A stretch of DNA of 63,604 nt, counting the filler, from Octopus bimaculoides (Eukaryota): NCBI RefSeq assembly GCF_001194135.2. It is 6 parts of 5 records of this genome, joined end to end, with 100 filler letters (N's around TTAATTAATTAA, not from the genome) between each part and the next. Parts side by side here need not be neighbours in the genome. Positions count along the whole stretch, not along the records: positions 41,718 to 55,364 come from NC_068986.1; positions 55,465 to 61,416 come from NC_068986.1; positions 61,517 to 63,604 come from NW_026383978.1; 3 more parts are not named here. The stretch is one strand, 5' to 3'. Numbering within the stretch: position 1 is the first letter of the stretch; each line of letters opens with the position of its first letter. The notes under the pieces were generated by a model. The model was given only the letters and a program-made list of their open reading frames with translations. It was not told where the DNA came from and made no database searches. Both the position numbers and the translations under genes were made by a program. Shown one piece after another: positions 51,698 through 63,604 of this stretch.

Positions 51698-52653
51698 TCT
51701 TTTACATGCTTTAGGCATGTGACTGCGTCCATGCTGGAGCACCGCCTTTAGTCGAACAAATCAACTCCAGGACTTATTCTTTGTAAGTCTAGTAACTTAT
51801 TCAGTCGGTCTCTTTTGCCGAACTGCTAAGTTACGGAGACGTAATCACACCAACATCGATTCTCAAGGGATGGTGGGGGAACAAACACAGACACACACAC
51901 ACACATATATATAAGACGGGCTTGTTTTTAAATTTCGGAAAGCTAGTAAACATACAAATTCGCAACTGGTTTCGTAAATACGGTTTACCATTTGTTAAAT
52001 TCTCTGAAAAATCCAAGTTTGTACAATGGTCTGAATAAAAGTTAACAACGCTAACGGTAGCTTCGTCCAAATATCTCAAATGCAAAATAAGAGAACGATC
52101 AAACCAAAAAAATGCTTTAAAAAAAACTTTGAGGTTTAGCGGTCAATCATGGCGACTGGTTGGAAAAAAGTAGTTGGACAGGAGAGATAGGAAAAAGGGG
52201 AGATAATGAAGTATTGGTGATCCCAAAACGAAGGTGTGCGTGCGCATGCGTGTATGTATGTGAGAGTGTGTAAGTGTGCGCGTGTGGATAGGAGCTAGGG
52301 GCTTTGATGTGTGGATGTGTGCGCATGGCCGCAGTCTAATGACCAACCAAGCAAATGGTAAAAGATGCACACGATTATTCTCCCCCTCGATTTCTCGCCC
52401 TTCCATCCTCTCTTTCTCTCTCTCTCTCTCCAACTCTCTCCCTCTCTCTGTCTGTCTGTTTGTTTCTGTCTCTGTCTCTCTCTTTCTCTCCCTCTCTCCC
52501 TGTCCCCCTTTCTGTATGTCTGTCTCTTTCTGTCTCTGTCTTTCTCTTTCTCTCTCTTTCTCTCTCTCTCCAACTCTCTCCCTCTTTGTCTGTTTGTCCG
52601 TTTCTGTCTCTGTCTCTCTCTGTCTCTCTCTTTCTCTCCCTCTCTCTCTCTGT

Positions 52654-52709
<56 letters not shown>

Positions 52710-52888
52710 NNNNNNNNNNTCTCTCTCTCTCTCTCTCTCTTTCTCTCCCTCTCTCACTGTCCCCCTTTCTGTATGTCTGTCTCTTTCTGTCTCTGTCTTT
52801 CTCTTTCTCTCTCTCTCCAACTCTCTCCCACTTTGTCTGTTTGTCCGTTTCTGTCTTTGTCTCTCTGTTTCTCTCCCTCTCTCTCTGT

Positions 52889-52931
<43 letters not shown>

Positions 52932-53988
52932 GCACACAGGTATAAATGATGCGTAACAGATTGCTTTCCTAAGTTCTGCCAGCATCCTTCATTAACCGAG
53001 GACCACAAATGATGGGGGGACCAACCGTCAGAGAGGGCCAGTCGTATGCGTTTGATGCGGGATGGGTTGACGTAAAGGGGTTATTACATATAGCGTATGT
53101 GTGTGTCTGTGNNNNNNNNNNNNNNNNNNNNNNNNNNNNNNNNNNNNNNNNNNNNNNNNNNNNNNNNNNNNNNNNNNNNNNNNNNNNNNNNNNNNNNNNN
53201 NNNNNNNNNNNNNNNNNNNNNNNNNNNNNNNNNNNNNNNNNNNNNNNNNNNNNNNNNNNNNNNNNNNNNNNNNNNNNNNNNNNNNNNNNNNNNNNNNNNN
53301 NNNNNNNNNNNNNNNNNNNNNNNNNNNNNNNNNNNNNNNNNNNNNNNNNNNNNNNNNNNNNNNNNNNNNNNNNNNNNNNNNNNNNNNNNNNNNNNNTATG
53401 ATAGCGTTTGCGTGCTGCCGGAGTGTGATCATCAGTCTGTCTGTTTGTCTGTATGTATGCATGCTTGTGTATATGTATCTACGCATGTATGTTTGTATAT
53501 GTGCGTGTGTGTATGTATGTGTGTATATGTATGTGTATATGTGTGTGTGTATGTATGCGTGCAAGTGATGTCTATAGCTTATATATGGTTTGTCAAATCA
53601 TTATACTGCACTGTTTGCGTGCAAGAATATATTTGTGTGTGTATGTATGTATGCATGTATGAGTGCGTGGATGTATATGTGTATATGTGCGGGTCCTTTT
53701 AAAAGTGTGTGTTTGTGTGTGTGTATCTACGTTCGGCTTCTCTTTTTGTTTCACGAGATTAGATGTGATTACATCCTTACTTGCAACCATGTGTATATGT
53801 TTGTGCTTGTATTGCTGTATGTGCGTCCGTGTGTATGTTTGTATGTGTGGCGAGGAAGTATGCGTGCGTTCGTGTAAGATGGACGAGTGAAGAAATGAGT
53901 GTGTGCGTGTGTGTGCGTGTGTGTGCGTGTGTGTGTGTGTGTGTGGCTTGCAACGATAAGAATTAGATATCGTATGTGTAGATGATTG

Positions 53989-53989
<1 letters not shown>

Positions 53990-54020
<31 letters not shown>

Positions 54021-54405
54021 TGTCATTGTTCAGCTTTATTTCTTGCCAACAAAGAAAGAGCCGGTTTCTAACCTAGATTCAAGGCTCCTTCATTGGAATT
54101 TCAACATGAATAACAGGATTATGTATGTATGTATGTATGAATTCTCATGCATATAGTTGCATATCTAGACATGCTCATATATATTTAAATGATAAACTCC
54201 TGGAAAGTTTTACAGATTTTTACAGTTCCAGTGGTGGATTCGATCTGTAGTCTTCGAATTAGCTTTCTCCTTTCTGGCTTTGTCAAGCCTAATTTCTCAA
54301 GATTGGTATTTAGGCAGTGTGTTACATATCCCAGGGCCCCAATAATTACGGGTATAAACCTGAACTTGTAATCTGGATAGAGTAATTGCATGTATGTATG
54401 TATGT
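53990..54405 (-). mobile_element. Second 5'-truncated copy of the (CATA)n-associated REL LINE
   Basis: Encodes QLLYPDYKFRFIPVIIGALGYVTHCLNTNLEKLGLTKPERRKLIRRLQIESTTGTVKICKTFQEFII*. Same 3' UTR; (TATG)n at both ends. Confidence 0.85.
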
Positions 54406-54544
54406 GACAGTAATGAGCGTGTGTGTATGCTGTGACGATATGTAACTGTAAGTACCAGTAATACATATGGGTTGATCAAATTCACTGTATTTTCCTTCCA
54501 AAGCATCGGGGTGGTGAATAGTGGGTGGTGGTGGAAGGACTATG

Positions 54545-54990
54545 TTACTATCGATTTCAAATATTAGCACACGGCCAGCAATCTCGGGGGACGTGATAAG
54601 TTGATTACATCAACCCTAGTGTTTCACTGATATTAAATTTAGCGACCCCAAAAGATGAAAGGCAAAGTCAGCCTCGGCGGAATTTGAACTCAGAACGTAA
54701 AGACGGACGAAATGCCGCTATGCATTTCGTCCGGCGTGCTACCGATTCTACCATGGCCAATGTTAATATCAGAAACCATGATAGGGCGACGAGCTGGCAG
54801 AATGTCCAACACGCCGGACAAAATGCTTACCGGCATTTTGTCCGTTTTTATGTTCTGAGTTCAAATTCCACCGAGGTCGACTTTGGGGGTCGATTAATTA
54901 AGTACCAGTTACGCACTGAGGTCGATGTAATTGATTTACACACCCTCCCCTCTAAACTGCCTGTCCTTTGCCAAAATTTGAAACAATTAT
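54545..54990. mobile_element. Divergent inverted pair of SINE family C
   Basis: Minus copy at about 54545-54753 and plus copy at about 54784-54990, with a spacer of about 30 nt. Confidence 0.8.
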
Positions 54991-55299
54991 TATAAACCAT
55001 AATAGCAGTTTTTAGACTTCAGTTCAATCCTGGCTAAACAGATCAAAGGCGCTCCAGCCACGACCATCCCATCATTTCCACAGACATTGCATATTTATGA
55101 ACACATCAGTTGTGTCCACCCCTTTCTCTGGCGGACGGGTAGGAGTGTCTGTGTGGTAAGTAGCTTGATTACCAATCACATGCTTCCGGGTTCAGTCCCA
55201 CTGCGTGGCACCTTGGGCAAGTGTCTTCTACTGTAGCCTCGGGCTGACCAAAGCCTTGTGAGTGGATTTGGTAGACAGAAACTGAAAAGAAGCCCGTCG

Positions 55300-55364
<65 letters not shown>

Positions 55365-55465
55365 NNNNNNNNNNNNNNNNNNNNNNNNNNNNNNNNNNNN
55401 NNNNNNNNTTAATTAATTAANNNNNNNNNNNNNNNNNNNNNNNNNNNNNNNNNNNNNNNNNNNNT

Positions 55466-55830
55466 GGAAAAACTTTCAAAATACAAAGACCTGGAAATAG
55501 AGATAACTCGAATGTGGAATCTAAAAACAGAAACAATTCCTATCATAGTAGGTGCCTTAGGTATAATAAAAAAATATTCAGACAAATACATAACAAAAAC
55601 ACCAGGACTTACAAATATATATAACATACAGAAAATTGCACTACTGGGTACTGCACACATTCTACGCAAAACACTTTCAATACAGTAAACATAAGAGCAC
55701 CACAGCAAACCACAGCACATACCCAAGGCGCACAGAGCTGCGCTCGGTAGTGAAGTGAAAGCACGTTATAAAAATAAAACTACTGAATAATAATAATAAT
55801 AATAATATTAATAATAATAATAATTATAAA
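55466..55830 (+). mobile_element. 3' end of a REL LINE with a (TAA)n tail; 5' end cut by a gap
   Basis: Encodes KYKDLEIEITRMWNLKTETIPIIVGALGIIKKYSDKYITKTPGLTNIYNIQKIALLGTAHILRKTLSIQ*. The 3' UTR ends AAAACTACTGAA followed by (TAA)n. Confidence 0.88.
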
Positions 55831-55913
55831 TGAATAGTTTAATTGACTTACTAACTAAATTTAATGGCCACAATAATAACTATTATAGTATTGTATAGTT
55901 CAACAACGTCTTA

Positions 55914-57170
55914 TTACAACAATATTATTTTGTTACTTATAAAAGAATTAATAAAATTTAGATATATTCTATTTATAGTCTGTTGGTTGTGGCTGTATGT
56001 TCCTTGTGTTTTGCATAAATGGTTGCTGAGAGCCCGTTGTATCTCATGGCTTAGGTCGGCTTTCATATTTTCTAGATAAGTTAGTAAGAAAGATTTGCCT
56101 CTTTGATTTGCCATTTGGTCAGAGGGTACATGGTTCATGTTTATGTTATTTGGTGTTATGGTTTTCCCATAGTTCTGTCTTCGTTGTTTGGTTGTAGGAG
56201 GTGAAATGTGGTTGTGTTTTGTTTTTGTTGTCATAGGACTCCTCTGTTGCTGTTTATATTTATTTTTCGAACGTTTTCTGCCCTTCAGATGGTGGTGGTT
56301 ACATTCTGGGTTCAAGCACATTCTTAGTGACACAGAAGTTTGGCACAGTTTAGGATGGAAGAAGGTGCATCCATATATAGGATCAGGGCCATGGACTCTG
56401 TATTTAGCACAGTATTTGGGGTGGAGGTGAGGGCAGTTTTTTCCCGTTACGCCATATGGACAGGTGCCCTTAACAAGTCTACGGCATAAGGTAGGATGGG
56501 AAAAAGCACAGCGTCCATTGTTGGTGCCGCTGGGGTTAAATCTACAGTTACCTTGAGAATGGTAACGACAGGGTTTTTGACGTGGGCATATTAGAGGCTT
56601 TTCTGTACTGGCAGGCTCGTTGGTCAGTGGTCCTATTTTAGTAGCAATAGCAGACTGTTGTTGTTGCTGTAGCGGCAGTGAAATTTGATTTGCAACAGTA
56701 GGGCTGGATGGAATCAGGTCAGATAGTGGTGCCAAACAAGGTGCTTCCAATGTAGTAGCAGTAGCAAGCTGTTGTTGTTGTGGTAGTGAGTCCTGGCTTG
56801 CCACGGTAGTGTTGGGTGGAATTAGGTCAGAAAGCGATATCGATGAGGATGTTGTTTGTTGCTGGCTAGCGGGTCCATGAAATGACCCCTTACCTGTTGG
56901 AGTTGGGTCAGTGGGTGCACTACATCCATTGACAAGTATGGCTTCTAGTGTTGCCATGTGCGTGTGTAAAGTATGAAATGATCGTGTGATTTCTTTTATT
57001 TTGTTTTCGATCTGTTTTACAGATCTGCAAAAGGATTGTGGCGCTAATGTTTCAGCGATTTTACCGTAGACATTAGCATTTACACAGTCATTATGGTGAG
57101 TGTACCAAGCGTTTATCAGTGCACTGATTTCGTTTTCCACCCGGTGCCGTTTTAGAGTATTATTGGCCAT
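55914..57170 (-). CDS. Intronless 418-aa ORF: Myb/SANT-like (trihelix) domain, S/T/P/Q-rich linker, 4 CCCH-type zinc fingers, basic tail; resembles a stand-alone retroelement ORF1
   Basis: Uninterrupted ORF from the ATG at 57170. The N-terminus E.SALINAW...NANVYGKIAETL...SFCRSVKQIENKIKEITRSF (about 57152-56967) fits the Myb_DNA-bind_4 pattern. Fingers at 56570-56289 are CX7CX11CX3H, CX7CX8CX3H, CX13CX3H (degenerate) and CX8CX4CX3H, joined by HP linkers and ending HLKG. Confidence 0.8.
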   Translation of the reverse strand: MANNTLKRHRVENEISALINAWYTHHNDCVNANVYGKIAETLAPQSFCRSVKQIENKIKEITRSFHTLHTHMATLEAILVNGCSAPTDPTPTGKGSFHGPASQQQTTSSSISLSDLIPPNTTVASQDSLPQQQQLATATTLEAPCLAPLSDLIPSSPTVANQISLPLQQQQQSAIATKIGPLTNEPASTEKPLICPRQKPCRYHSQGNCRFNPSGTNNGRCAFSHPTLCRRLVKGTCPYGVTGKNCPHLHPKYCAKYRVHGPDPIYGCTFFHPKLCQTSVSLRMCLNPECNHHHLKGRKRSKNKYKQQQRSPMTTKTKHNHISPPTTKQRRQNYGKTITPNNINMNHVPSDQMANQRGKSFLLTYLENMKADLSHEIQRALSNHLCKTQGTYSHNQQTINRIYLNFINSFISNKIILL

Positions 57171-58047
57171 ATTCAGTGGCACAGTATTATACAGAATACG
57201 TTAGTTATTGGTGACTTGATGTAATAGGGAATGTACCGTTGTAAAGTTTGTGTCGATATATTCGGAAATGCGTGGGTGTGCGTGAGAGAGTTCAGTGTAT
57301 TTAGTACAAATCAGAATGAGCGGTGTGTTCAATACAAATCAAGAGAAAGGAATTGTACTCACGGCACTAATTTTAGAACTATTGTTTCTCCAGGTTTTAT
57401 ATAAATTTACGTAAATTTATCTTCCGATGATAGTAAAATAGTAGAATAGTAGAATTCAAGAGTTCTGGGACTAAAAATAAGGAAAGTTACTGCTGGTTTG
57501 AGTTGAAATCTGTTTCTTTGGTAACTGAGTGGCCGGAGCTATGAAAAGTACGTCTTGTTACGACGAACGAATGCTCGGATGTACATATATATATGTATGT
57601 GTGTGTGTATGTGTGTGTGTATGTGTGTGTGTATATAAGTTTATACACACACACATATATATGTACGTGTATATATACACATATATACATATATGTGTAT
57701 ATATACATATATGTGTATATATATACATTTATATATATATATATANNNNNNNNNNNNNNNNNNNNNNNNNNNNNNNNNNNNNNNNNNNNNNNNNNNNNNN
57801 NNNNNNNNNNNNNNNNNNNNNNNNNNNNNNNNNNNNNNNNNNNNNNNNNNNNNNNNNNNNNNNNNNNNNNNNNNNNNNNNNNNNNNNNNNNNNNNNNNNN
57901 NNNNNNNNNNNNNNNNNNNNNNNNNNNNNNNNNNNNNNNNNNNNNNNNNNNNNNNNNNNNNNNNNNNNNNNNNNNNNNNNNNNNNNNNNNNNNNNNNNNN
58001 NNNNNNNNNNNNNNNNNNNNNNNNNNNNNNNNNNNNNNNNNNNNNNN

Positions 58048-58071
<24 letters not shown>

Positions 58072-58078
<7 letters not shown>

Positions 58079-58500
58079 ACGTCATTTGGCGCCAAAATAC
58101 AGTCGCCATTACTGCGTTTTCATCCACGCATGCGCAGGGAATAGTTCCGGAAGGAACACAGCAAGAGTCCCATGCGCATGCGTGGAATTCAACATCTAAA
58201 CGTTCCCGCTCTTTTCATTCTCTTTTCTCGCCGGCCGGCGAAGAGGTAACACAGGTTCAACAGAGCTCTCTCACATGAGCATGGACGGGTCAAGCTGTCT
58301 CTCCAGCATCTCAACTCTGGGGACAGCTCATTCCAACATTCCAACGTCTCAGCGACCATGCCTATTTTCCTCCATGAATAAATACTTTTATGTTTCTGGT
58401 TTAGAGACTGCGTTATCCGTTCTTAAATTTTTCCTTAAAGTTTGATGTGAGGAATTAGTTATTTAACCTAAAGGTTGAATAAAGAAAGATATTTCTTACA
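58072..58500 (+). mobile_element. Solo LTR (429 bp), probably Gypsy-type, inserted in (TA)n
   Basis: Termini TGTA...TACA, TATA on both flanks, AATAAA at 58377 and 58478, and a GC-rich U3-like 5' part. Confidence 0.7.
58077..58185. promoter_or_regulatory. Cluster of palindromic transcription-factor-like motifs in the LTR
   Basis: TGACGTCA (58077, CRE), TTTGGCGCCAAA (58085, E2F-like), two NRF1-like GCGCATGCG sites inside an inverted repeat (58124-58140 and 58168-58185), and TTCCGGAA (58145, ETS-like) between them. Motif matches only. Confidence 0.45.
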
Positions 58501-58516
58501 TATATATATATATGTG

Positions 58517-58584
<68 letters not shown>

Positions 58585-58629
58585 GTTTGAACCAATTTTA
58601 GTTCTGGAGCTGCGGCCATACTAGGGCAC

Positions 58630-59245
58630 CACCATTGGCTTCACCTTCATTATTTGGTGGCATTTGGTGAATGAAGGAGTTTAATATTTTCTGCCGTGAG
58701 GTAGTGAGGTAGGCTCATCTGGAACTCTTGACAGAGGGAGATCTAGTGTTTTGAAGACACCTACATCCACATCATGCAGGTCTCTCGGGTATTTTGGAAA
58801 GATATTGAAGAGCAGAAGGCTCTTCAAACCCAAGCTGCTGCAATACCATGTTCTCTATTTTGATGGTGATATTGGGATCTTTAGCACTATGCAGTAGCGC
58901 CTCGTTGTGCTGCTTGTGTAACTTTCAATGCTAAAGTTTGGCAGAGGTCCTTCTAGAATGTTGCAGATGTATATCACTGTATATCTCTGCCGCCTTCATT
59001 TTGTGGAAAAAGTCTTAACTTTCAGCATTTCTCAGTAGTTCACACGTTGCATTGGGACAAATTTCTTTATGTAGCTTCGCTAGATTGCTTCAAGTTCCGC
59101 CGTTAATTTTATACTCTGTGAGGACCATATTCCGAAGTAATAGCGGTTGAGTTCATATGTCCTCCAAAGAAAACGATGGTTACTCATGTCAATGTCCAGG
59201 TCTTGCACTGATTTTGGTTAAGGGATTGCAGTTCCTCCTGGACTG
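58630..59245 (-). mobile_element. Degenerate 3' end of an APE-type LINE ORF2 (CR1/L2/Proto2/RTEX-like group)
   Basis: Encodes IWS....AELEAI*RS...NY*E.L...RRQRYTVIYICNILEG..PN...LLFNIFPKYPRDLHDVDVGVFKT.LD..LSRVPDEP...NSFIHQM, with many stops. Confidence 0.75.
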
Positions 59246-59255
59246 GTGTGTGTGT

Positions 59256-59309
<54 letters not shown>

Positions 59310-60644
59310 TTGTCCACCTACCATCACTTGAAAGCAACTGATGTATGCTTGTTTACGTTTCTGTAACATAGCAGTTTGTCAAAAGGAAACGATAGAAGAA
59401 GTACCAAACTTCTAAACAAGTTCTGTGTGCGATTTGTTCGACTAAGCCCTTGAAGGCCGTGTCCCTAAATGGCCTCACTTTAATGACTCACCAGGGAAAG
59501 GATAAAAGATATTCTGTTATACTTACTCAGACAGACAGACACACACACACGTATAATAGAAAATGAGAAAGGTTTATGCGACTTCAGCTGTTTACAGAAA
59601 CGTGTAGTTGTCCCATGTAGTAAATAGTTGCATTATTTGCAACGAGGAGTACACCTGCACCAGACCGTCACAATTTACTTGTCCTGGCCATAGACTGTGA
59701 TATGTACCAGTGGTAAGCATTAATTTGGTGATCTCGTCTGTTGATTATCGGTTCACATAATCTATTGACTCAGTCTTGTGTAGCTCTAAATAAAAACCAT
59801 GTTACACTCTATATTATAACAATAGTAGTATTTCTCTAGAGAACAATAGTTGTAGGTAACTTGTTGATCGACATGATGTTTGTATAAACTAGCCGTGTAT
59901 TAGTCTCTTCGTTTTTCGGTCTTGTTTGATTCTGTTGAATTCAATCATATTGTTGAATGCACATTATTTTGCTATATATAAAAATAGTTAGGAATAATTA
60001 GCAAAAATACAACAAAAATCAATCTCACTAACAAAAAAAAAAAAAGAATAACAAAAAAACAAACAAACAAACAAGCTTGGTGGAATCGATAATATATATT
60101 TCCTTTGCTTTGTCTTCGATATCAGTTCAATTTCTTTTTTACATTGTTTGTTTTATTTCATACCATTCTGCTTCAAGTAGTTGAATTGGAATCAATTTTG
60201 AAAGAAATGCTTGATAATTTCGCTGTCAATTTCAACAAATCGCTGAAGGCAATCTTTCAAATAAATGATGTTTTTTTTTTCAGGAATGTGGTCGTCTTCA
60301 TTAAAAGTGATTACGTTTAAAATTGTCTATTTTTTCTTCATATTATCATTTTCTTGATTTTTGTTTTTCATTCTTCGTCAAGTATGAGTGGTTTGTTTGG
60401 TGCTATTTTTTTAACATATTGCTTCAAGTTGAGATTTCTCCATTGTGTGACTTTTCTTGAGGTTTGTAGTCGTTCTTTTCTGTTATTTTATGAAATGTGT
60501 ATACTTAAAATAAATACATACGCATAAAAGTTAACCTACTAGTGTGTATAGATGTGCATGGGTTAGTGTATATATGTGTGCATAATGTACATATATACTC
60601 ACACAGTGTATATACATGTGTAGGAGTTTGTGTGTATGTATGCA

Positions 60645-60810
<166 letters not shown>

Positions 60811-60918
60811 CATACATACATACATACATACATGTCTTTCTGCCTGTCCCTCTATATAAACGTGTGCGATTTTAGTGCGTGTATGTATTCTGTGAGTGTT
60901 CATGTCAGTATGTGTGTG

Positions 60919-60959
<41 letters not shown>

Positions 60960-61210
60960 ATGAGCTACACATACAAGTCTACTACCTCAAATTACGGGCT
61001 GTGCCGCACCGGTCTAGTGATTTGACGGAAGCACAGATAGAGAAGTTAAGTTAGACTAGAACGAAACAAATAATACGTCTGTAGGAATTATTTTTAAATA
61101 AGCTAGAATATACAAGCTAGACTAGCTAGAAAAATAAAAAGAACAACTACAGAATGGAATAAAAAGCATAAAACATGAAAATTGTTCATCGACCTTCACA
61201 CAGTTTCTAA

Positions 61211-61249
<39 letters not shown>

Positions 61250-63111
61250 ATAGGGTGCGGTGCGGTGAATAAACTGTCGTCTAAATTATGCAAAAATGAA
61301 AATAACACTGACATCTCATTTTAACAGATATATTTACCAAAATTATATAAAAAATATATTGGAAAACTAAAGAGTAAATTTATTCAATGAAATTCCCATT
61401 GGCTTCAATCACGGCCNNNNNNNNNNNNNNNNNNNNNNNNNNNNNNNNNNNNNNNNNNNNTTAATTAATTAANNNNNNNNNNNNNNNNNNNNNNNNNNNN
61501 NNNNNNNNNNNNNNNNTATATATATATATATATATATATATTTGTGTGTGTCTGTGTTTATCCCTCCACTGTTGGTTGACAACCGATGTCGGTGTGTTTA
61601 CGTCCCCGTAACTTAGCAGTTTGTCTTAAGCGACCGATAGAATAAATACCAGGCTTACAAAGAATAAAAAATATAGATATAAATATGTGTATGTGTGTGT
61701 GTATATATACACACACACACATATGTAGATTGTGTGTGTGTATATATATATATATATACACACACACATATACAGGATTTGGAGGTTGGGATTTTTGTTC
61801 GTAATATTATGAGACGAAACAAAACGAGAACGGAAGTTTTAATAAGTTTTAATGCGAAAAAAGAAACGTTACGAAAAATTATAAAAAAAACCATATTGAA
61901 CGTTTTAGAAGGAAAAAAAACTAAACGATACATTTTTTATGGCGAAAATTCAAAAACGAAAGGAGTTTGTCAAAATACGATTTTCATATCTCCCGCGCTA
62001 TACAAGCAGACAATATATTGGCTTGTTACTATGGAAATAGGCACCAGTATTAATTATTATGCCTTTCGATTGGCTAAAATTACCCGAAATTTGCTAACTT
62101 TGAAATTTATTAACTTCTTATTTAACAATTTATGGCGAAAATGAATTTCATTACCATAATTAGCATACAAAATTATAACACTATACCAAATTTGAAAACA
62201 AAACAAAAAATAGAATTGAAAACTGAGTAAAACAGAAAAGATTCAAAATCTTTTATGGAAATTGCCGAACAATTAGATAAACAGAGCAATTCTCAATTTC
62301 ACTTTCGTGATACCATCTCCGAAGAAATGCCTAAACCTCTCCATTGGAATACACAAAAATGTTATTTACGAAATAAAAACAGATTGCCATAACTACACAT
62401 TGATGCCATAATTCTGACGCTGTTTCCGCATAACTGTCTGAAAACAGCATATTTTTCTGTAAAATAAGTTTTCGAGGGAGTCGGTTACGATTATATCCAT
62501 AACATTTAAAAAATGGTTAAGGAGTTTCGGCTCATTTTCCTCATAATTTTTTCTAAAACGTCATATTTTTAAATAGTATACGGCAGAAATGCGTTTCCGA
62601 AATTATAGATAACAATTATTCTGACAAAATTTAGAAAAGTAATTTCTCTCTTTAGCGAAATTTCGGATCACCTTTCTTTACTCCCACCCTAACTCTCTTA
62701 TTAATTTCCGAATCTTTAACGTTTTCNNNNNNNNNNNNNNNNNNNNNNNNNNNNNNNNNNNNNNNNNNNNNNNNNNNNNNNNNNNNNNNNNNNNNNNNNN
62801 NNNNNNNNNNNNNNNNNNNNNNNNNNNNNNNNNNNNNNNNNNNNNNNNNNNNNNNNNNNNNNNNNNNNNNNNNNNNNNNNNNNNNNNNNNNNNNNNNNNN
62901 NNNNNNNNNNNNNNNNNNNNNNNNNNNNNNNNNNNNNNNNNNNNNNNNNNNNNNNNNNNNNNNNNNNNNNNNNNNNNNNNNNNNNNNNNNNNNNNNNNNN
63001 NNNNNNNNNNNNNNNNNNNNNNNNNNNNNNNNNNNNNNNNNNNNNNNNNNNNNNNNNNNNNNNNNNNNNNNNNNNNNNNNNNNNNNNNNNNNNNNNNNNN
63101 NNNNNNNNNNN

Positions 63112-63330
63112 ATTTGAGAGACATGCAAGACATGGATGCGGAGGTCTTCAAGACAAAACTTGACGCTTTCCTCTCCACGATACCAGACGAACCAATGGCT
63201 CGTAATGAGACGCAGTTTAGGGCAGCTATGTCAAGTTCTCTTATACACCAGATGTGCCATCAAAACTCTTGATTGGACCATATCAGGTGGAGGAGAAGAG
63301 CCATGCAAGGAACGTGAAGAGAGCACAGCA
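63112..63330 (+). mobile_element. 3' end of the same APE-type LINE family; 5' end cut by a gap
   Basis: Encodes LRDMQDMDAEVFKTKLDAFLSTIPDEPMARNETQFRAAMSSSLIHQMCHQNS*. Confidence 0.75.
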
Positions 63331-63476
63331 TAAAGACGGAAAATCACGGTGGTGCACCAGCATGACCGCAGCCACTTGGCTGAAACACATAAATAAATAA
63401 ATATGTATGTATATATACGTATGTATATTTATGTATATGTATATATATATATATAATGTGTATGTATATATATATG

Positions 63477-63542
<66 letters not shown>

Positions 63543-63604
63543 CGTATGTACATTTATGTATATGTATATATATATATATCTGTATATATATATATATATA
63601 TATA

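Noticed and set aside
52400-52930. Duplicated compound CT-rich block around a 10-N gap
   Set aside because: A low-complexity minisatellite at a gap edge; likely an overlap or haplotype artefact.
55914-59245. A single full LINE made of the Myb-CCCH ORF and the ORF2 relic at 58630-59245
   Set aside because: The order is wrong (the ORF2 3' end lies upstream of the putative ORF1), and the relic is far more decayed than the ORF.

Overview
AT-rich, gapped eukaryotic draft sequence, dense in microsatellites and tRNA-headed SINEs. The repeat landscape suggests an octopus or other cephalopod genome; this is inference and nothing in the window proves the species. Two protein-coding units are supported. 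(1) The first four coding exons of a secreted GH18 chitinase lie on the minus strand (6088 down to 903), with an intact DxxDxDxE motif; the gene continues past the left edge. (2) An intact, intronless 418-codon minus-strand ORF (57170-55914) joins a Myb/SANT-like trihelix domain to a four-finger CCCH array and has no ORF2 next to it. The rest is mostly mobile-element debris: at least four SINE families, restriction-like-endonuclease (REL) LINE 3' ends sitting in microsatellites, RTE and other APE-type LINE relics, two Penelope-like GIY-YIG relics, Tc1/mariner and Academ-like transposase relics, and a solo LTR. There is also a MITE with an 8-bp TSD and a central telomere-repeat palindrome, and a strongly diverged LSU (28S-like) rRNA segment. 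Almost all ORFs in the supplied track are artefacts of N gaps or simple repeats. All family assignments come from motif recognition by eye, not from database searches.
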